NCBI GenBank assembly: GCA_938038205.1
Contig: CALHSA010000003.1
Span: forward strand, 3,760 to 67,759
Direction: 5' to 3'
Origin: an uncultured bacterium
GTDB lineage: Bacteria > Bdellovibrionota_C > UBA2361 > JANWWW01
Length of the DNA: 64,000 nt
In this document: positions 57,993 through 64,000 of the stretch, piece by piece
Layout: each line of letters starts with the position of its first letter
How positions within the stretch are numbered: position 1 is the stretch's first letter
The notes under the pieces: generated by a model
What the model was told of the DNA's origin: nothing
The model's input: the letters and a program-made list of their open reading frames with translations, nothing else
Databases searched by the model: none
Position numbers and translations under genes: made by a program

Positions 57993-58633
57993 CAGCAAGT
58001 AAAAACTAGCTTCTAATTTATAATCTTGAGATTATGTCAGTAGTGTTACGTTAATTATGGTAAAAAAACAATAGATCGCTACTTTCAAAGTTTTAATTAT
58101 CGAGTAAAAACTTAAAAAACAAAAAACGGCAACCTTGAATATAATATGAAATTATTTGAAAACGAAAAAAGCCAAAGAGATAAGCTTCCGTGAAAAACCT
58201 GTAATTTAGGTAATTATAATTTCAATGCAAACTTGTACATTAATAAATGTCAACTTTACTGTTTAGTGAATTAATGAAGTTAAAAATTTTAAAAAAGCTT
58301 TTACATATTTTGCTTTTACCCAAACCATCGAAATCAAATTCTTGATTTTTTATTATCATGGACACTACATTACAAATAAAACACTATTTCCATTCATTCT
58401 ACAATTTTTACTTCCCTAATATTTTAAAAAAACTATAAACATGAAATTGAATGCGCATTGCCCAATTCCAGACCTAAGTAAAAATAAGAAACTTTTTTAT
58501 GTACTGTATCTGTTTTAAAGTTATAAAAAAATGCCATATTGAGTTAAAAAATTTATCTTAGGATTATCTCAGAACCTAACATAAGGATGCCCTTTAATAA
58601 AATAACTTTAATAAAATCACTTAATCTTAAGAA

Positions 58634-61600
58634 TTAAAGGTTACTTGCCTGAGTTTTATTACTTTTAATAATTAAGATTTGAAGGCTTTCACCTTCAACT
58701 TCATAGGTGAATCCCTCTTCATACTTACTGTTCTCTAGTATAAGTTGATTAGTGAGAGTCTCTCTTTTTATCATCTCAAGGTGACTCTCAATCGCGCCTA
58801 TAATTTTCTTACTCGTACTGATTCTACACTCAATTCTATCATCCAAATTTAAGTTTAACTCCTTACGGGTTTTTTGAATTCTATTAATTACTTCTCTGGC
58901 CACCATTTCTTGCCAAAGCTCAGAATCTATTGAAGTATCTAAACTCAAAGTGAAAGGACCAAAGCTCTCAGATTCAGCTGGATTTTTTGCTTTTCTTTCA
59001 ATAATTAGGTGATCTATAGGAATTATTTCATCATTGAATTTAAAAAAACCACTATCTTCAATACGATAAATCTCATCCCTAGGTAAGTTAGCCAGAGTCC
59101 TAATTAGATCTTTTAAAGTCTCTCCTAACTTTGGACCTAATATTGGTGTTACAGGTTTTACCGTAACAAGTACATCTTCTTCATTACTTGAGAAGTTGAG
59201 TTCTTTAACGTTAAGTTCATCTAAAATGACGTCCTTATATTTAAGGACAACCTTTTTAACATCTTCATAACGACTAATTACTGTAGCTTTTCTCAATGGC
59301 TGACGAAGTTTTATATTCAACCTGGCTCTTAAACCTCTACCTGCCTCAATTACTTTTTTTATTAAATCAATCTCCTTCTCAAGATTAGTGTCAATTAATT
59401 CGGGGTTGGCCACAGGATAGTCGCATAAATGAATACTCTCTGGTAAATTAGGAAGCAATCTTCTGAAATTTTGATACATATTTTCAGAAATAAAAGGTGC
59501 AAAAGGAGCAATAACTTTAGCTAAATTAAATAAGCAGAAGAACAGAGTGTTGTAGCCTTCTTCTTTATCTTGTCCTTCCGATTCCCAAAATCTTCGCCTA
59601 TTTCGACGAATATAAAAATTTGTCAGATCTTCAATAAATTCAAGAATAGAAGGAAAAACTTTATACAATCTGTACTCACCCATCTCTTTTTCAACATTTA
59701 AAAGTAAAGATTGAAGTCTACTTACGATCCAGGAATCTAATTTATTTTTCGAACCTCCCCACTCAAGTTTATTAGGGATATATTTATCAATTAAACTGTA
59801 ATTTACAAAAAAAGAGTATGCATTCCATATTGGAAGAAGGATAGTCCTAACAGTTTCTTTTACTCCCAACTCTGAAAATCTCAAATTGTCGCCTCTAACA
59901 ACTGGACTATTTATCATGTAGATCCTTAAAGCATCGGCTCCGTATGTTTCTAAAATGTAATTTGGGTCTGGATAATTTTTAAGCCGCTTAGACATTTTTT
60001 TTCCATCCTCAGCTAAAACGATCCCATTAACAACAACATTTTTATACGGAGCTTGGCCAGTAAGATGGGTACCAATCACAAGGAGTGTGTAGAACCATCC
60101 TCTTGTTTGATCCATTCCCTCAGCTATGAAATCAGCTGGATACATCTGATTAAATATTTCAGATTTTTCAAATGGGTAGTGATTCTGTGCAAAAGGCATT
60201 GAGCCACTCTCAAACCAACAATCTAAAACTTCTTTTACTCTCTCCATCATCTCTCCACATTCGAGGCATTTGAAAGTAATTTTGTCAACGAAGTGAATGT
60301 GCAAGTCTTCAATTTTTACACCGGACAATTTAAAGAGCTCATCTCGGCTACCAACTGCAACACGATTCTCACATGATTTACACTCCCAAACTGGTATTGG
60401 ATTACCCCAAAATCTATTTCGGGAAATATTCCAATCCCTTGCTTGTGCTAACCAATTACCAAACCTACCCTCTTTAACGTACTCAGGAACCCAATAAATC
60501 TTAGAATTAGCATTCAGAAGTTGATCACGGAATTCCTCAACTTTAACATACCATGCATCGATAGCTCGGTAAATTAAAGGGGTATCAGACCGATAACAAA
60601 ACGGATACTGGTGATGTATTACATTTCTGGAAAACAACAAACCTCTCTCTTTTAAAAAGGATATTATTACTGGATCTGACTCTTTAAAATTTTTACCCGA
60701 ACAAAGTGGGAACGAATCAGTAAAATTACCTTCCTCATCAAGTAAATCGACGACTGGAAGATCAAACTTTTTACTTAACTCGAAATCATCATCGCCATAA
60801 CAAGGGGCAATGTGAACTATGCCAGTTCCTACATCACCTTGAACGAAATCTGCGGTAACACAAATATACGGATTGTTAGATTTTCCAAAGTCAAATAAAG
60901 GAACATATTTTTTTCCGTGTAGATCCGATCCTTTGAATTTAGCTACCTGTCTACCATTCCTAATTAATTCACTCGCCTTATTATCAAGGATTATGAACCG
61001 CTCACTATTACTTTCAATCAAATAGTACTCAAAACTTGGATTAACAGCCAAAGCAACATTAGCAGGTAAGGTCCAAGGTGTAGTTGTCCAAACCAAAAAA
61101 TAAGCATCAAGCTCTGGAGAAAAAAACTTCACTATAATGCTTGGATCCTCAACATTCTTATAATTTAATCCTGCCTCAAAATTTGAGAGTGGGGTTCCCA
61201 AGCGCCAACTGTAAGCCATTACTCTCTTACCCTTGAAAATCAAACCCTTATCCCATAGCTGCTTGAAAACCCACCAAACACTCTCCATAAAGGTTGGATC
61301 CATAGTTTTGTAACCATTGTCAAAATCAACCCAACGACCTAATCTCTCAGTTGTTCTTCTCCACTCTTTCTCATATCGCAAAACGCTATCTCTACAAGCC
61401 TCGTTAAATCTGTCAACACCAAACTTCCTAACATCCACAGGTCCCTTTAAACCCAATTCCTCTTCAACAAGCATCTCTATTGGTAACCCATGGCAATCCC
61501 AACCGAATCGTCTTTCAACAAAATAACCTTTCATTGTGTAATATCTCGGAATGATATCTTTTATAGTGCCCGCGAGCAGATGGCCATAATGAGGTGTTCC

Positions 61601-61750
61601 AGTAGCGAAAGGTGGACCATCGTAAAATGTATATCTCTTCGAGTTTTCTCTTAGCTTGATCGATTTTTCAAAAATATTATTTTTACTCCAAAATTGAATA
61701 ATCTCACGCTCAAGTTCTGGAAAATTTACCTCAGGACTAACAGGGAGCAT
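58634..61750 (-). CDS. ileS: Isoleucine--tRNA ligase, eukaryote-like type 2
   Basis: 'PPFATGTPHYGH' (type 2 HIGH variant), 'KMSKRL', 1038 aa without the type-1 C-terminal zinc-finger. Confidence 0.9.
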   Translation of the reverse strand: MLPVSPEVNFPELEREIIQFWSKNNIFEKSIKLRENSKRYTFYDGPPFATGTPHYGHLLAGTIKDIIPRYYTMKGYFVERRFGWDCHGLPIEMLVEEELGLKGPVDVRKFGVDRFNEACRDSVLRYEKEWRRTTERLGRWVDFDNGYKTMDPTFMESVWWVFKQLWDKGLIFKGKRVMAYSWRLGTPLSNFEAGLNYKNVEDPSIIVKFFSPELDAYFLVWTTTPWTLPANVALAVNPSFEYYLIESNSERFIILDNKASELIRNGRQVAKFKGSDLHGKKYVPLFDFGKSNNPYICVTADFVQGDVGTGIVHIAPCYGDDDFELSKKFDLPVVDLLDEEGNFTDSFPLCSGKNFKESDPVIISFLKERGLLFSRNVIHHQYPFCYRSDTPLIYRAIDAWYVKVEEFRDQLLNANSKIYWVPEYVKEGRFGNWLAQARDWNISRNRFWGNPIPVWECKSCENRVAVGSRDELFKLSGVKIEDLHIHFVDKITFKCLECGEMMERVKEVLDCWFESGSMPFAQNHYPFEKSEIFNQMYPADFIAEGMDQTRGWFYTLLVIGTHLTGQAPYKNVVVNGIVLAEDGKKMSKRLKNYPDPNYILETYGADALRIYMINSPVVRGDNLRFSELGVKETVRTILLPIWNAYSFFVNYSLIDKYIPNKLEWGGSKNKLDSWIVSRLQSLLLNVEKEMGEYRLYKVFPSILEFIEDLTNFYIRRNRRRFWESEGQDKEEGYNTLFFCLFNLAKVIAPFAPFISENMYQNFRRLLPNLPESIHLCDYPVANPELIDTNLEKEIDLIKKVIEAGRGLRARLNIKLRQPLRKATVISRYEDVKKVVLKYKDVILDELNVKELNFSSNEEDVLVTVKPVTPILGPKLGETLKDLIRTLANLPRDEIYRIEDSGFFKFNDEIIPIDHLIIERKAKNPAESESFGPFTLSLDTSIDSELWQEMVAREVINRIQKTRKELNLNLDDRIECRISTSKKIIGAIESHLEMIKRETLTNQLILENSKYEEGFTYEVEGESLQILIIKSNKTQASNL

Positions 61751-61773
61751 AATTCTTAAAGAATAGAGAAAAT

Positions 61774-62904
61774 TTAATTTTTTCTCAAATAAAATAGTAA
61801 AGCTTCTTCAAACCTGCCTAACACAATGTCTTTATTGAAATTTTCAGATACAAAAGTTCTTCCATTCTCTCCAAGTTTAACTCTTAGCGTTCTATCATTT
61901 TTTAATAGCTGCACAGCAACGCAAAAATCTTCAAAACTTGAAACCGAGAATCCTGCTTGAGATTTTTTTACAAAATAATCAGTTACTAAACAGTTAGAAT
62001 TAACTATTACTGGCGTGCCAGCCGCCATTGCCTCCATTATAACAAGCGAGAAGGACTCGTTTTTAGATGGTTGAACAAGCGCTAAAGCATTACATATTAA
62101 TTGTTTTTTTTCATCCTCAGTCACCGGACCTATATCATCAACCTCAGCATAACTTTTAAGCACTGGAATCGGTAATGAACCACTACCTACTAACTTTATT
62201 TTTAAATTATCACCTGTCACTAAATTATAAGATCGAACAAAGTCAATCGCCTCTACTATTCCCTTGGCTAACTCCCTTCTCCCTAAATATAGTAAATACG
62301 GCTGAACCTCTTTTTTTGTAACTTCAATCGACTCAACAGGAATTCCAACAACTTTAAATGACTTATTACCAACTATTTGTTTTAATTGCTCTTTTTCAGG
62401 TTCTGAATAACATATAAAACCCTTAACCGATTGAAAGGCTAGATTAACAAATTTAAGCTGAGCATAAAATTCATCATGATAACATGGAATCATCACAGTT
62501 TTGTGCCCAAAATATATACTAACAAATAGCCCAGCCCCAAAAAGATACGGAGTAACAAGGATTAAATCAAGCTTTTCTACGTCTCTTTCAAGCTCTGTAA
62601 TAAGCTCATCAGAGAATGAAAAATGTTTGAAAAACAAAACCTCCTCCTTAATGCCTGGATACGTAAAATTCGCGATTTTGTTGAATATTCGTGCTATTGT
62701 CTTATCACTACTGAGGAGTTCAACTGGCGTAAACTTAAATAATTTTACATCTACATTCTTCATTGGAGAGAATTTGGATATATCGGAAGAGTAAACAATA
62801 ATCTCGTTGTTGTTGTTGATATTAGATATTAACGTATATATGGCTCTTTCGGCTCCGCTTAGATGTTCACCCCATTTCTGAACTACAACACCTATTCGTG
62901 CCAT
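61774..62904 (-). CDS. Glycosyltransferase family 4
   Basis: 'PSKNESFSLVIMEAMAAGTPVIVN' EX7E region; 376 aa. Confidence 0.7.
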   Translation of the reverse strand: MARIGVVVQKWGEHLSGAERAIYTLISNINNNNEIIVYSSDISKFSPMKNVDVKLFKFTPVELLSSDKTIARIFNKIANFTYPGIKEEVLFFKHFSFSDELITELERDVEKLDLILVTPYLFGAGLFVSIYFGHKTVMIPCYHDEFYAQLKFVNLAFQSVKGFICYSEPEKEQLKQIVGNKSFKVVGIPVESIEVTKKEVQPYLLYLGRRELAKGIVEAIDFVRSYNLVTGDNLKIKLVGSGSLPIPVLKSYAEVDDIGPVTEDEKKQLICNALALVQPSKNESFSLVIMEAMAAGTPVIVNSNCLVTDYFVKKSQAGFSVSSFEDFCVAVQLLKNDRTLRVKLGENGRTFVSENFNKDIVLGRFEEALLFYLRKN

Positions 62905-62944
62905 TTAAACCGATCATTTTAACAAAAAAATATGAGTTTTCATT

Positions 62945-63781
62945 TTACTCTCCTCTAAAAAATTTAAGAGAGTGCAATACAAGCGGTGCAGCTATAAAAA
63001 TTGACGAGTAGGTTCCGATGATAATGCCAATAAAAAAATACAGGGCAAAATCAAAGATTGCCTCCCTACCAAATAAAAGTATTATAAGGACAGCAACTAA
63101 AGTTAAAAATGATGTTTTTAAGGTTCTTGAAAGAGTTACATTTATACTTCTGTTTATTATCTCAGTCAAAGAACCCTCTTTTGCTAGTTCTTCTCTAATT
63201 CTATCAAAAACTATTATAGTGTCATTTATTGAGTAGCCGATTAAAGTCAATGCTCCTACCACAGCTTGAAGGGTCAGATACTGTCCAAAAAGTAGGTATA
63301 GACCTAAAGATATGACAACATCGTGAGCTAATGCGACACAGGCAGCGATTGCAAAAGTTTTCTCAAACCTCACTACCAAGTAAATGAACATGAATACCAA
63401 AGCAATCAACCCTGCAAAAAAACCTTTATTTGTTATCTCTTTAGATATAACTGGAGAGAAACTCTCAAAAGATAATAATTTATACTGGCCTTTCATGCAT
63501 GTTTCAAAATTCTGGACAGAAAAATCCAAACCCGTTCTAAGCAAACACACATCCTCATTAAAAACTGATTTGATCTGATAATCTTTGTAACCACATTCTC
63601 TAAGGATTTGCGTGATTAACCCAACCTCTTGCTGTTTACACTCAAAAGTAAATAGATTACCACCAGAGAACTCAAGTCCCGTCTGAGAACCCAGCCTGTT
63701 AATTATGATGAAAATTGAGGCGATAAAAAGGAATAATGATATAAGCACAAAGGGCCTGAAAAGTTTTACAAAATCAATCAT
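62945..63781 (-). CDS. secF: Protein translocase subunit SecF
   Basis: Six TM helices, 'LSRTLKTSFLTLVAVL', 'FDRIRE'. The likely start is the ATG at 63781 (MIDFVKLF), overlapping the secD stop in ATGA. Confidence 0.85.
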   Translation of the reverse strand: MIDFVKLFRPFVLISLFLFIASIFIIINRLGSQTGLEFSGGNLFTFECKQQEVGLITQILRECGYKDYQIKSVFNEDVCLLRTGLDFSVQNFETCMKGQYKLLSFESFSPVISKEITNKGFFAGLIALVFMFIYLVVRFEKTFAIAACVALAHDVVISLGLYLLFGQYLTLQAVVGALTLIGYSINDTIIVFDRIREELAKEGSLTEIINRSINVTLSRTLKTSFLTLVAVLIILLFGREAIFDFALYFFIGIIIGTYSSIFIAAPLVLHSLKFFRGE

Positions 63782-64000
63782 GATATTCTTACTGGAAAAT
63801 TGTTCTCTAACATCCAGTTGGCTAAGTGCTTGGTTACGAAAACCGCACAAAAAAGAGTGGTTATAACCCCAATGGAAAAAATAAGAGCGAAACCTTTGAT
63901 TGGACCATGAGCAAACAAGTAAACTAGGAGAGAAGTAATTAAACTCGTCATGTTAGCATCTAAAACGGCTGAATAAGCATTCTCAAATCCTCTTGAAACT
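63778..64000 (-). CDS. secD: Protein translocase subunit SecD, C-terminal fragment (continues beyond window)
   Basis: My reverse-strand translation gives '...GFENAYSAVLDANMTSLITSLLVYLFAHGPIKGFALIFSIGVITTLFCAVFVTKHLANWMLENNFPVRIS*', which matches the SecD C-terminal TM region. Confidence 0.75.
   Translation of the reverse strand, partial: VSRGFENAYSAVLDANMTSLITSLLVYLFAHGPIKGFALIFSIGVITTLFCAVFVTKHLANWMLENNFPVRIS

Noticed and set aside
57993-58633. Possible replication origin (DnaA boxes) or tRNA in the AT-rich desert
   Set aside because: No TTATCCACA-like 9-mers or tRNA-like GC-rich stems could be found by eye. Retained only as an uncharacterised non-coding region.
1-64000. CRISPR arrays, transposases/integrases, prophage genes, toxin-antitoxin pairs
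   Set aside because: No direct-repeat/spacer periodicity, no transposase/integrase/recombinase-like translations and no phage structural proteins were recognised. The window looks like core chromosome.

Overview
This is a low-GC (roughly mid-30s % by eye) chromosomal segment from a Gram-negative bacterium. It is almost entirely core housekeeping genes. I could not identify any mobile element, CRISPR array, tRNA/rRNA or obvious defence island. The organism is not identifiable from sequence alone: the gene content (flagellar hook genes, LpxA/LpxI lipid A genes, a caa3-type cytochrome oxidase, PDH, ETF, pentose-phosphate genes) would fit a free-living or predatory low-GC Gram-negative of the Bdellovibrionota/Oligoflexia kind, or a spirochete-like organism.

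Gene content, start to end:
- Start of window: the 3' part of uvrC, running in from upstream.
- Flagellar hook module: fliK-flgD-flgE, then grpE.
- A four-gene polysaccharide cluster: a WbaP-like initiating phosphotransferase, two GT4 genes and a GT2 gene.
- An orphan rplP.
- PDH E1 alpha/beta, a solitary ruvC and a secreted EEP nuclease/phosphatase.
- A tal-zwf-X-pgl pentose-phosphate operon.
- A DegT aminotransferase, etfBA, a class V aminotransferase, a BON protein and skp-fabZ-lpxA-lpxI.
- thrS, dnaE, aconitase, PDH E2, mnmG and topA.
- A caa3-type cytochrome oxidase operon (coxII-I-III-IV) preceded by glmU.
- An rbfA-nrnA-(REC-HisKA) operon.
- rluD, HU, ahcY, an AAA ATPase and ileS (eukaryote-like type 2).
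- A GT4 gene, secF and the 3' end of secD.

I did not find a clear novel multi-gene system. The most unusual items are:
(a) uvrC appears frameshifted or fused: its (HhH)2 C-terminus lies in another frame, continuous with a 295-aa ORF.
(b) The zwf cluster has an actinobacterial/cyanobacterial layout, with a candidate OpcA-like gene.
(c) The ribosomal protein L16 gene sits alone, outside any S10-operon context.
(d) A minimal REC->HisKA protein with no ATPase domain is co-operonic with rbfA and a DHH nanoRNase.
(e) Two hypothetical ORFs are separated by only an in-frame TAA.
(f) There is a 640-bp, very AT-rich gene desert between convergent genes.
(g) There are two paralogous secreted HExxH...EGxA metalloprotease-like proteins.
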